Notes under the pieces: model-generated | The model's input: only the letters and a program-made list of their open reading frames with translations | Told to the model about the DNA's origin: nothing | Databases searched by the model: none | NCBI GenBank assembly: GCA_963667565.1 | Contig: OY763415.1 | Location: 384,001 to 448,000 of the forward strand | Source: Acholeplasmataceae bacterium | Lineage (GTDB): Bacteria; Bacillota_I; Bacilli_A; Acholeplasmatales; Acholeplasmataceae | Length of the DNA stretch: 64,000 bases | Direction: 5' to 3' | In this document: one piece after another, positions 51,116 to 59,858 of the stretch | Numbering within the stretch: the first letter of the stretch is position 1 | Layout of the letters: the number at the start of each line of letters is the position of its first letter | Made by a program: the position numbers and the translations under genes

Positions 51116-52041
51116 AAATAGATAAACACACATTAAAATCTAAAGCAAAACATATCTTATTTGGTATGGGCTTTACAGATGGTTTAATTTATAAGATTGT
51201 GATATACACATTATTAATTAGTTTCTCCTATATTTATCTATATCCAGTATTATTTATGCTTGTCAATAGTTTCATGACAGTTGAAGATTTAATCAATCCT
51301 GGTGTAAAATGGATACCGACAACACTTGAATTTGCCAATTATACTCAAGCATTTCAAGTATTAGAAATGCCTAAAGCTATATTTAGTACAACTTTCTATG
51401 TGTTAAAAGTCAGTATTGCAGTCACAGCTTCGTCAGCGATTATTGGTTATGGATTTGCTAAATTTAATTTCCCTGGTAAAAACGTCTTATTTGCTTTAAT
51501 GTTAGCGACATTTATACTACCATCACAAGTCACCATGGTTGCAAATGTTATTATGTATAATAGACTCAATATTATGAGTACGCAATGGGCTATGATTTTA
51601 CCTGCAGTACTAGGACAAGGACTTAATGCAGCCATTTATATTTTGATTTTCTATCAATTCTTTAGAACGATTCCAACTGTTTTGATGGAGTCAGCAGAAG
51701 TTGATGGTGCATCACAAATGCGCATTTTTAGAAAGATTGCAATTCCCCTTGCACTTCCATCTTTCCTAATTGTCTTCTTATTTAGTTTTGTATGGTATTG
51801 GAATGAAACATTCATCACATCATTATATGCTGGTGAAAACATCACTTTACCGTTAAAACTTGCAGCATTTAGATCTAGTTATGAAACCTTATTCCCAGCG
51901 GGAAGTGCAGGTTCTCAACTCAATGAAGCCATTATGATGGCTGGTAATATGCTTACAATATTACCGTTATTGGTTTTATATTTTGTAGCTCAACGTTATT
52001 TTGTTGAGAGTATAGATCGTACCGGTATTACGGGCGAATAG
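51112..52041 (+). CDS. Second MalG-type ABC permease
   Basis: ATG 51112 (ATGA overlap); GYGFAKF.FPGK, QFFR.IP..L.ESAEVDGA, FSFVWYWNE and FVESIDRTGITG. Confidence 0.9.
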   Translation: MKIDKHTLKSKAKHILFGMGFTDGLIYKIVIYTLLISFSYIYLYPVLFMLVNSFMTVEDLINPGVKWIPTTLEFANYTQAFQVLEMPKAIFSTTFYVLKVSIAVTASSAIIGYGFAKFNFPGKNVLFALMLATFILPSQVTMVANVIMYNRLNIMSTQWAMILPAVLGQGLNAAIYILIFYQFFRTIPTVLMESAEVDGASQMRIFRKIAIPLALPSFLIVFLFSFVWYWNETFITSLYAGENITLPLKLAAFRSSYETLFPAGSAGSQLNEAIMMAGNMLTILPLLVLYFVAQRYFVESIDRTGITGE

Positions 52042-52052
52042 AAGGAGGATAT

Positions 52053-53177
52053 ATGAAGAAAACACTAATATTATTACTACTCGTTTTTGTCCTAGTTGGG
52101 TGCGATAATGGTGCACCAAATGGATTAGAGCCGTTAGTCGCAACTGATGATGCTTTAATTCAAACACTTGATGGTGGATGGGTTGCAACATGGGCAGATG
52201 AGTTTAATGGTAGTGCAGTTGATGAAACCAAATGGACTTTTGAAATCAATGGTGATGGTGGAGGTAACAATGAGTTACAATACTACACGAGAGATAACGC
52301 AACTGTTTCAGATGGTACACTTAAAATCACTGCTAAACATGAAGACTATTTAGGTAAATCTTATACATCAAGTAGAATTACAACAAAGTATAAAAATGAT
52401 ATGTTATATGGTCGCGTACAAGTACGTGCTAAATTACCTACAGGTGTTGGTACATGGCCAGCAATTTGGATGATGCCAACTGCTTCAGTATATGGTGGAT
52501 GGCCAGACTCTGGTGAATTTGATATTATGGAATATGTTGGATATGATCCAGGTGTGATTCATTCAACTATCCATACAGATATTTATAATGGTGCTCAGGG
52601 TACTCAAATTGGTTATAGTTATCGAATGAATGGGATTGAAGATGATTTCCATACATATGATCTTATTTGGGAACCAGGATATATGGCAACCTATATTGAT
52701 GATGATCTAATTGGTGAATTTAGATATAACGCTTATTACAATCAAAATTACACGTATGATCAAGTGTTCCCATATGACCAACAATTTTTCCTTATTTTAA
52801 ATTTAGCTGTTGGTGGTAATTGGGGTGGTGTTCAAGGTGTCGATGCGAATGCATTTCCGACTTCACTTGAAGTTGATTATGTAAGATATTATCAAAGAGA
52901 TTATGCAACACTTGATGAACTAGCACCATCACAACCTACAGATATCACTTTAGCAAGAGTCGCAAATACACTTTTTTGGGATCCTTCAACAGATGATTAT
53001 GCCGTTGAAAAATACTTAGTTTTAGTTGATGGCGAAGCATATGATTACACCAATCTAAACCAATATACATTTAAAGGTTTAACTAAGGGTCAAACCTATT
53101 CAATTCAAGTAGTTAGCTATGATTTTGTAGGAAGAAAATCCGATAAAAGTGAAGCATTTAGTTTTACTTATCAATAA
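52053..53177 (+). CDS. Surface GH16 beta-1,3-glucanase lipoprotein with C-terminal FN3-like domain
   Basis: Lipobox LVGC; WADEF, GNNELQYY, WPAIW, GEFDIME and LNLAVGG; tail W..STDD..V..Y, GLT.GQTY..QV. Confidence 0.92.
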   Translation: MKKTLILLLLVFVLVGCDNGAPNGLEPLVATDDALIQTLDGGWVATWADEFNGSAVDETKWTFEINGDGGGNNELQYYTRDNATVSDGTLKITAKHEDYLGKSYTSSRITTKYKNDMLYGRVQVRAKLPTGVGTWPAIWMMPTASVYGGWPDSGEFDIMEYVGYDPGVIHSTIHTDIYNGAQGTQIGYSYRMNGIEDDFHTYDLIWEPGYMATYIDDDLIGEFRYNAYYNQNYTYDQVFPYDQQFFLILNLAVGGNWGGVQGVDANAFPTSLEVDYVRYYQRDYATLDELAPSQPTDITLARVANTLFWDPSTDDYAVEKYLVLVDGEAYDYTNLNQYTFKGLTKGQTYSIQVVSYDFVGRKSDKSEAFSFTYQ

Positions 53178-53188
53178 AAAAATCTATG

Positions 53189-53444
53189 TGAAGTGAACTT
53201 CAAAAAGTAGACATATAAAAAAGGTCTACTTTTTATTTTTTTTGTTTGTTCTTGTATGACTAAAAAGTGCTAGAATTTTTTAGGATTTCATAGCGCTCTT
53301 TATAGTCCTTGTACTCATGCTTTTAGGACATCTTTTTTCATTTGTTTACCATAATAAAAACACCCCCATAATTAAATAATAAAGGCGTTTCTATAAATTG
53401 TTTTAATAAGATTTTTATTTGTCTACTAACATTTTATCATTTCA
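53189..53444 (-). mobile_element. Internally deleted IS3-family element (MITE-like) with an orfA remnant
   Basis: 25 bp imperfect terminal inverted repeats TGAAGTGAACTTCAAAAAGTAGACA (53189-213) and, on the minus strand, TGAAATGATAAAATGTTAGTAGACA (53444-420); interrupted minus-strand KDYKERYEILK remnant. Confidence 0.6.
53202..53242 (+). terminator. Hairpin plus T run, the likely terminator of the glucan operon
   Basis: AAAAAGTAGAC...GTCTACTTTTT. Confidence 0.65.
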
Positions 53445-53466
53445 GGTTGCGTATCTTTTTTTATGG

Positions 53467-54204
53467 TCATCTAATCATTATTTCCTTTTTGAACTTTTTA
53501 TGCCATTCTGGTAAATCAAACTTTAAACCTTGTTCATTATATCTATAAGCCTTTTTAATTGCCTCATCAATTCTTCCATCTAACTTAAGATTTTGTTCAT
53601 CACTAAATAATTTTAATGTCGTGACAAGTATAGAATATTTCAAGCCATATCGACTGATAAGTTCAAAATATATATCCAGTACTTGATTTAATAAATCATT
53701 AGCTTTTAGATGGTATAGCATTGGTATTAAACCCATATATTTAAATTCTTTGATGGCTATATTATCTTCTGCGACAATGACTTCTTCAAATACTTTTGGA
53801 TCAAAAGGATAAATCAAGACTTTGAAAATATCTTTTGCATATTCAAGTTCATCAGCATAATAAATAAAATTTAAGAAATCTTGTTCGAATAGCTCATTTA
53901 AATAACTCACTATTTTTTTGTAAACCGATAAGTTAAGATTGAATGAAAAAAAATGAGATATTGTCAATCCTAAAATTTTATTTATAAAGAAATCAGAGTC
54001 AGTACCTCCGTACTGCTGATGAAATGATTCAAGTGTTAATCCACTATCTCTATCAATCATTGCTTCAATATGCTCATTTTGCCATTGAATATAATATGAA
54101 ATGGGAACATTTAAATCTTTAATAAAATTTTCACCAAATTCTAATTTCATATAGTCACTTGATAGGTGATTATCGAAATATGCTTTTTTAATTTTTTCGT
54201 ACAT
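53467..54204 (-). CDS. Hypothetical cytoplasmic protein, candidate immunity protein
   Basis: ATG 54204 after GAGGTG, immediately downstream of a toxin-like gene; acidic and helical. Confidence 0.55.
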   Translation of the reverse strand: MYEKIKKAYFDNHLSSDYMKLEFGENFIKDLNVPISYYIQWQNEHIEAMIDRDSGLTLESFHQQYGGTDSDFFINKILGLTISHFFSFNLNLSVYKKIVSYLNELFEQDFLNFIYYADELEYAKDIFKVLIYPFDPKVFEEVIVAEDNIAIKEFKYMGLIPMLYHLKANDLLNQVLDIYFELISRYGLKYSILVTTLKLFSDEQNLKLDGRIDEAIKKAYRYNEQGLKFDLPEWHKKFKKEIMIR

Positions 54205-54218
54205 GTTGTTCACCTCAT

Positions 54219-55478
54219 TTATCTTGTTGCAATTGTATATGGTGTATAATAATTATACCATCTATATCCTGCAACCTTAATATGTCTTAATTCTCTTGAA
54301 TAGAAAGATAGATATCCATCTGGTTGTAGCATTACACCAGTTGAATAATTGAAATATGCATAAGATGGTGTCACCAATCTAAAGTCACAATCTAATGCCA
54401 TAACGACATCAAGAAAATATTGATTTAAAACCCACATGCCTTCTTCTTTGTACAACTTCTCAAGGTCACGCCATTTTAGATCAGTCATATGAAATACTAT
54501 TTCTCCAATATTATTATTTCTAAACTCATAATATGCTTTTTCTCCAGTAACAGTAGCCACTCTACCTATGGATACTGTGATCTTTTTCTGTTTGGTCAAT
54601 TGAGTAATAGAAGTTATACCTATCGCTTTTAATAATTCAGCTTGTAATTTTTCTTTTGTCCACCCTTTAGGTAAAGCTAAACTACTATAACTAAAGTCAT
54701 TATATACATTATCTAGTACCCTTGATAATGAATCACTTACCATCGCACTAATCTTTTGAAACACATCCTTGATTTGTTTCACAATTTCTCCAGCAACATC
54801 AACAAATATGGCAATTAAATTTTCCATATATGGCTTAACTTTATTCCAGTTAATGACTACAACTGCTGTGATAGCTAAAACTGCAGCTGTAGCAACGGCA
54901 ATTTTTACCTTTAATGGTATATACCATGCTTGAATCGTTGTGACTAATGCAGAATAAGCACCTTTTATTGTGATAATCGCTGCAGTCGATAGTTTCATAA
55001 GTGATTGTAGTAAATATTGAAGATTATACGTATATGCTGTGCTCATTTCTATGATTGATTCAAATGAACTAACTTTATAGTCATTGTTTTTTGAAAATCC
55101 ATTCTCAATTAAAGTTAACAAATTATACATATCGTTATCTTCTGAAGCCAATTCATTTAAGTAATCTATTGTATCTGAATCAAGATCATCAAAAATTGCC
55201 ATTATACTATTTGATAGTTGCTCATATTGATAATCATCAATAGTCATATTTTCACTATATGATAAATCGATCACGCCTGAATTAAATGTTTGATCATTTA
55301 ATATCGTAAATGCATCAATATCTATGATATCTTCTAAACTACTGTCTAATTCATCTAGAATATCTCCAATATAATCAAATTCACTAACTTCTTGCATCTG
55401 TACTGAATTGTTTAACTGTGAAGCTGACAAACCAACAACTGAAATTACAACAATAATAAACATTAAAAATCTTTTCAT
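54219..55478 (-). CDS. Secreted protein with an internal hydrophobic hairpin and a toxin-like C-terminal domain
   Basis: Signal peptide MKRFLMFIIVVISVVGLSA; acidic N-domain; IAVATAAVLAITAVVVINWNKV; C-terminal W.LN..FLD...FRLVTP...SFYSREL..I...GY.W. Confidence 0.55.
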   Translation of the reverse strand: MKRFLMFIIVVISVVGLSASQLNNSVQMQEVSEFDYIGDILDELDSSLEDIIDIDAFTILNDQTFNSGVIDLSYSENMTIDDYQYEQLSNSIMAIFDDLDSDTIDYLNELASEDNDMYNLLTLIENGFSKNNDYKVSSFESIIEMSTAYTYNLQYLLQSLMKLSTAAIITIKGAYSALVTTIQAWYIPLKVKIAVATAAVLAITAVVVINWNKVKPYMENLIAIFVDVAGEIVKQIKDVFQKISAMVSDSLSRVLDNVYNDFSYSSLALPKGWTKEKLQAELLKAIGITSITQLTKQKKITVSIGRVATVTGEKAYYEFRNNNIGEIVFHMTDLKWRDLEKLYKEEGMWVLNQYFLDVVMALDCDFRLVTPSYAYFNYSTGVMLQPDGYLSFYSRELRHIKVAGYRWYNYYTPYTIATR

Positions 55479-55597
55479 TTTCCACCCCATATGTTTTTTG
55501 ATTATTGATTTATAAAAATCAACTAATCTTTATTAAACACATTATATATTACTTTATATGACTAACGCAAGACGGATAAATAAAAAGTATATGATAA

Positions 55598-55958
55598 GAA
55601 AAAAGAGGATATAAAGACCTAGAAACGATTCTGCATTCCAATCAAGGCGCTATATATGCCTCTCAAGCATTCAATGCTCAACTAGATTCTACCATAAAAA
55701 GATCCATGTCTAGAAAAGGAATACCAACAGATAATCCTGTTTTAAAATCTTTAAAGGGATGGATTAATGAAGAATTATTCATAGATTTTAATTTAAAGCA
55801 TACAGATGACATTTACAAGTGCATTAAAGATTATGTTAAATATGATAATTATGTAAGACTTGTATGGACACTTCAATATAAAAACCCAGTTCAATATCGA
55901 ACTGAGCATTCATTTAATTAAGCTTTTTTTTAATGTCTACTAACTCTTTAATATTACA
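55598..55958 (+). pseudogene. IS3-family transposase C-terminal fragment with its right inverted repeat
   Basis: In-frame ILHSNQGAIYAS..F...SMSRKG.PTDNP.LKSLKGW (catalytic D to N and E to K), YDNY.R..TLQYKNPVQYR; IR TGTCTACTAACTCTTTAATATTACA at 55934-58. Confidence 0.85.
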
Positions 55959-55973
55959 ATAAGGTTTTTTTCT

Positions 55974-56618
55974 TTAAATAAATTTCTTGAGTTCAATTGC
56001 AATCAAAGAAGCATACATCTTAGCACCATAAGGGCTAAAATGGGTATCATCAGTCATGCCATCTGGATAATTTGGATGTTCTAAAGGTTTTAAATAGTTA
56101 TGAAATTTTTTAGAAGAAGTATCTCCTAATTGTGATATGATCTTTTGAGAAATATGATACATATCAATAAAAGGATAACCATGTAATTCACAAAATCGCT
56201 TCATAGCATCTGGATAATCACTTATAGCGTTTGGATCTAATTTTCCATCTATAAATTTACGTCTTGTAATGGATGATATAAAAATTGGAGTTGCGTGATT
56301 AGAAGTTGCAGTGACTGCAAACCTTTCAAGATTGTCCATATAATCTGTGTTAGGGTTTGTGTGATTTAATGCATCATCTTTCGAATCATTATGGCCAAAT
56401 TGGATAAATAAAAAATCACCAGGTTCAATTTCGGTTTCAATTTGAAATAATCTACCTTCTGCAATAAAAGATTTTGTAGATCGACCATTTTCGGCATAAT
56501 TTCTTATTTCTATATGAGGAGATATAAAATCTTTTAAATATTCTCCCCAACCAGATTCTGGACGTTTATTTGCTTGTTTGTTTGCTGCAGTTGAATCTCC
56601 AGCGATAAAAATTTTCAT
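55974..56618 (-). CDS. SGNH/GDSL esterase, rhamnogalacturonan acetylesterase (CE12)-like
   Basis: IAGDSTA, GWGEY, GRSTKSF, IQFGHND and DDTHFSPYGA. Confidence 0.9.
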   Translation of the reverse strand: MKIFIAGDSTAANKQANKRPESGWGEYLKDFISPHIEIRNYAENGRSTKSFIAEGRLFQIETEIEPGDFLFIQFGHNDSKDDALNHTNPNTDYMDNLERFAVTATSNHATPIFISSITRRKFIDGKLDPNAISDYPDAMKRFCELHGYPFIDMYHISQKIISQLGDTSSKKFHNYLKPLEHPNYPDGMTDDTHFSPYGAKMYASLIAIELKKFI

Positions 56619-57086
56619 ATAATCACCATGTATATATTAGCACATTTTTATAAATATACTAAAATGTTTTAATCTATGAGAAAAGTCAAATAGAAAAAGC
56701 ATGACTATTTGAATTTTACTATTTATTGTTAATTTATCTTTGATCATAATTTTTGCATTAATAATTGATACAACTTGACGATACGAATTTTTAATTAACT
56801 GACTAAAAGTTATTAGATGTTTAGTATTACTGAAATGTTAAGTATAATTGACAGAAATTGTGAATTGTTATAATATGAAAACAAAATAAACAATAATTAA
56901 CTTGGAGAGGATATAAGATGGATGTCAAGAGAAGGCAGATTGATATAAGAAAGATGAAGAGTAAGTAATACACTTAAACGCTAGATAAAAAATGTACATT
57001 CATGAATTGAAGAAAATAAAGGATGACATTCCTGAAATTTATAGTATGTTATTAGCAAAAGAGAAAAATGATGTGGGAGGAGTAAA

Positions 57087-57827
57087 ATGAAAAAAATTTA
57101 TCTAATATATATTTTTTTGTTTTTAATGATATTATCAAGTTGTGGAGAGAACGGGACTACACCAACTACTGAATTTTTCTTTTCTGAGTATAATGAATTC
57201 ATAGCTACTTTGAACAATATTAGAATATTAGAACCCGAATTAACAGAAAATCAGATCATACTTAAATATCCTGATTATAATGAGGAAAACGGTAAAATTT
57301 TTATTTACTATCGTCACTATATATATGCTGATATTTTAAATGCTGATGAAAAAATAACCAATGTCAATTATAAAATTGAGGTACAAGAAGATCATGTAAG
57401 AATTGATGATATCAATGGGGCACAAGTATTAAGATTTATTTATCAAATTGAAGACGAAAATCTAAAAGGGATTGTCCTGTCTTTCGAACCAGTAAGTGAA
57501 AATCATATTGAAGATAGTAATTACGAATTTGTCGAAATAGAATCAAGTATAGCAACAGTGATTTTTAGGGATAAAGCAGTTCCAGGATATGAACCAAGTA
57601 GTTTCATTGAAGATCTAAATATAGATTCTTATATCGAGGATGGAAATATCATTCATCCATCATATGAAGTCAGATATGCAATAAATGAATCAACACTTAG
57701 CAAACAAAACATTAGAATTTCCTATTTTTATAAATCTAATTATGCTAGAATCGAAAGTGATTTTTTATTTGAGCAGAAAATTATCACTTATATTAATCAG
57801 CATCTTAATCTTTTAATATTACAATAA
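57087..57827 (+). CDS. Hypothetical lipoprotein
   Basis: GGAGG RBS; lipobox LSSC. Confidence 0.7.
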   Translation: MKKIYLIYIFLFLMILSSCGENGTTPTTEFFFSEYNEFIATLNNIRILEPELTENQIILKYPDYNEENGKIFIYYRHYIYADILNADEKITNVNYKIEVQEDHVRIDDINGAQVLRFIYQIEDENLKGIVLSFEPVSENHIEDSNYEFVEIESSIATVIFRDKAVPGYEPSSFIEDLNIDSYIEDGNIIHPSYEVRYAINESTLSKQNIRISYFYKSNYARIESDFLFEQKIITYINQHLNLLILQ

Positions 57828-57898
57828 GATATATTTAGGAAAGTTCTAAATGTTTATGCAAATTTAAATTTTCAAACAAATATAAATTATGATATGTC

Positions 57899-58122
57899 GT
57901 AGCTGCTGGTCCGTCATACGAAGTTGGAGTAATAGAAAATTATGCAGTTAAGGGAGTTATAGAGGTAGTTTTTACACTCGTGGAGCTTCAGTTCCCGGAT
58001 TTGGACTTGAATATGCAACTGATGGTAAAAGAACAGATGATTCAGTTTCAGCAACTTCAATTATTGTTGGGCTAGAAGGATCTGCCTACATGGGATATGA
58101 TTACTATATTCCATTTCCATAA
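57899..58122 (+). pseudogene. Frameshifted, start-less C-terminal gene fragment (Gly-rich, polymorphic-toxin tip-like)
   Basis: VAAGPSYEVGVIENYAVK, then in another frame GSYRGSFYTRGASVPGFGLEYATDGKRTDDSVSATSIIVGLEGSAYMGYDYYIPFP*. Confidence 0.45.
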
Positions 58123-58139
58123 GAAAGAAGAATTAAAAT

Positions 58140-58598
58140 ATGAGTTTTAATTATGATGATTATTTAGATGGATTGTTTAAAGAACCGATATTCTATATTG
58201 TAGCAACGCTCGTGATATTTGTAAGTTTTATTATTTTTGATTTAAAGTTTGATTTTATGAAATTAAAAAATGCTAAATATTTATTGAAATTTGCTCTGTT
58301 TGTTGTTTTTGCGATTCTGTTTTTTACAATTTCTACTGTTCGCTTAAATTATGGATTACCACTTAAAAAGGATGATTATAACAATCAGATTGTACTTGAA
58401 GGATATGTAGATAGTTATCGTGAAACATATTTTTCTCCAAGATACTACTATGATCATAAATTGGTAAAAGGATGTATTATTGTAATTGATGACCAAAGGT
58501 TTTATATCATGACCATTGGAGATATAAAGGTTGGAGATTACGTTAATATTGAATATTTAGAGAAAAGCAAAATTGTTATGAACATTAATGTGATATAA
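58140..58598 (+). CDS. Membrane protein, 2 TM plus a small C-terminal beta (OB-like) domain
   Basis: Two hydrophobic helices; tail GDYVNIEYLEKSKIVMNI. Confidence 0.65.
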   Translation: MSFNYDDYLDGLFKEPIFYIVATLVIFVSFIIFDLKFDFMKLKNAKYLLKFALFVVFAILFFTISTVRLNYGLPLKKDDYNNQIVLEGYVDSYRETYFSPRYYYDHKLVKGCIIVIDDQRFYIMTIGDIKVGDYVNIEYLEKSKIVMNINVI

Positions 58599-58616
58599 AG
58601 AAAGTAGATATAATAT

Positions 58617-59075
58617 ATGAATTTTAAATTGAAAGATTATAAAAAAAGATTTATGTTTTTGACAATTGCATCGTATAGTTTTAGTCTTATCATTGGCATT
58701 ATCATTTTAGTTTCTTTAATAAACAATCAATTAATTTCTATTAACCAGGATTTTCTATTTATTTTTTCACTTGTCTTTTTAGCAGGTCTCATTTATGGCA
58801 CAATTGAATTATTATTTTTAATTAAAATATTCAAAGATGAACATGAAGAACCTATAAAGATTATCGGTGTGATAACGAATATTCAATTTGTTTTGGGTAA
58901 TAAGTACAATGAAAAAATAGAGAAGCCAATGTACAAAATAGTGCTTGACCAAAGTGAAAAATTCTTAGTTTATAAGAATAATATTATAAATAATACTATT
59001 GATCAGTCAGTTGAAATTTCTTATTTACCTAATAGTCATATTGTACTAAGTATTAATGATGCACTAAACATATGA
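58617..59075 (+). CDS. Membrane protein, 2 TM plus a small C-terminal beta domain; divergent paralogue of 58140-58598
   Basis: Same length (152 aa) and layout; tail DQSVEISYLPNSHIVLSI. Confidence 0.65.
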   Translation: MNFKLKDYKKRFMFLTIASYSFSLIIGIIILVSLINNQLISINQDFLFIFSLVFLAGLIYGTIELLFLIKIFKDEHEEPIKIIGVITNIQFVLGNKYNEKIEKPMYKIVLDQSEKFLVYKNNIINNTIDQSVEISYLPNSHIVLSINDALNI

Positions 59076-59361
59076 GAACTTAAAAACATTTAGATTATAA
59101 CTGTCAACAAAACTGACAACCTTATTTATCTATGATAATCATAGATGAGGAGGCTGTTTTTTTGTTTAATCGATGATCAACAGATCTTCTAAAATTAGAA
59201 ATTTAAAGAAATAGGAGAAAGAAATGAAGAAACACACAAAACTCATTGTTTTATCTTTTTTAATGGATGCAACCTTGGTTGTAACAGTTAGTACATATGC
59301 ATATTCACTTGCATTCCAAACGACTTCATTATCGACAATATCAATGGTGACTGAATCATAA

Positions 59362-59538
59362 TATGCAAATGAACAAGTAATGGCACCAATAGTAGGTATA
59401 ACCAAAATAAAACATCTAGAAGATGCAGTTTCTTCAGTACAAATAAATTTGTCAGAAGATAAATAAAATTATTTGCAAGAGTTATACATAGTACATATCA
59501 TTAAGGAACAATATTACAAAGGACATGTACATAAGTAA
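59362..59538 (+). pseudogene. Aldo/keto reductase C-terminal remnant
   Basis: VMAPIVGITKIKHLEDAVSSVQINLSEDK*NYLQELY with an internal stop. Confidence 0.7.
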
Positions 59539-59541
59539 AAC

Positions 59542-59567
59542 AAAAAAGACTTCAAAATTGAAGTCTT
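59542..59567 (-). terminator. Terminator, probably the original tRNA-Lys terminator displaced by the islet
   Basis: Minus-strand AAGACTTCAA-tt-TTGAAGTCTT followed by a T run, just downstream of the duplicated tRNA 3' end. Confidence 0.7.
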
Positions 59568-59579
59568 ATATTTATTAAA

Positions 59580-59624
59580 TGGTACCCCCTAACGGGATCG
59601 AACCGTTGACCCACTGAATAAGAG
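59580..59624 (-). repeat. att site: 45 bp duplication of the tRNA-Lys 3' half
   Basis: TGGTACCCCCTAACGGGATCGAACCGTTGACCCACTGA(A/T)TAAGAG matches 63947-63991 at 44 of 45 positions. Confidence 0.95.
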
Positions 59625-59829
59625 ATAAAATATCTATTGAAAAGAAGATGATCATTATAAATTAAAGAATTATTAATTAAAAAAAGAGCAATCTTAGTCT
59701 GAACCTTGTTTAGTAGATACTATCAAAAAAAGTGGTAATTAAGCTATCACTTTTTAATTAATTATTTTAAATATTTTATTGTTCGGCAATCAAAGAAAAA
59801 TAGTATTATATTAAAATTTTGATGCACTA

Positions 59830-59858
59830 TTGACATAAAGCTTTAAAAGATTTAAAAT
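59830..59858 (+). promoter_or_regulatory. Sigma-A promoter for the islet cargo operon
   Basis: TTGACA (59830-35), 17 nt, TAAAAT (59853-58). Confidence 0.7.

Noticed and set aside
1007..52353. Numerous 60-110 aa alternate-frame or antisense ORFs in the track (e.g. 1007-1198, 9599-9928, 20190-20510, 22030-22236, 35629-35904, 39650-39952, 48622-48900)
   Set aside because: Overlap well-supported CDSs, lack RBSs and show no recognisable motifs; shadow ORFs
55706..55921. Functional transposase
   Set aside because: Only the C-terminal part is present, with DDE residues substituted
59166..59405. 79 aa minus-strand ORF
   Set aside because: Antisense to plus-strand remnants (signal-peptide stub and AKR tail); no RBS
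59580..59624. Second tRNA-Lys gene
   Set aside because: Only the 3' half is present (no D arm or 5' acceptor strand); it is an att duplication
59695..59720. Possible further IS3-like end (TAGTCTGAACCTTGTTTAGTAGATA)
   Set aside because: Only partial similarity to the other ends, with no partner repeat or transposase remnant
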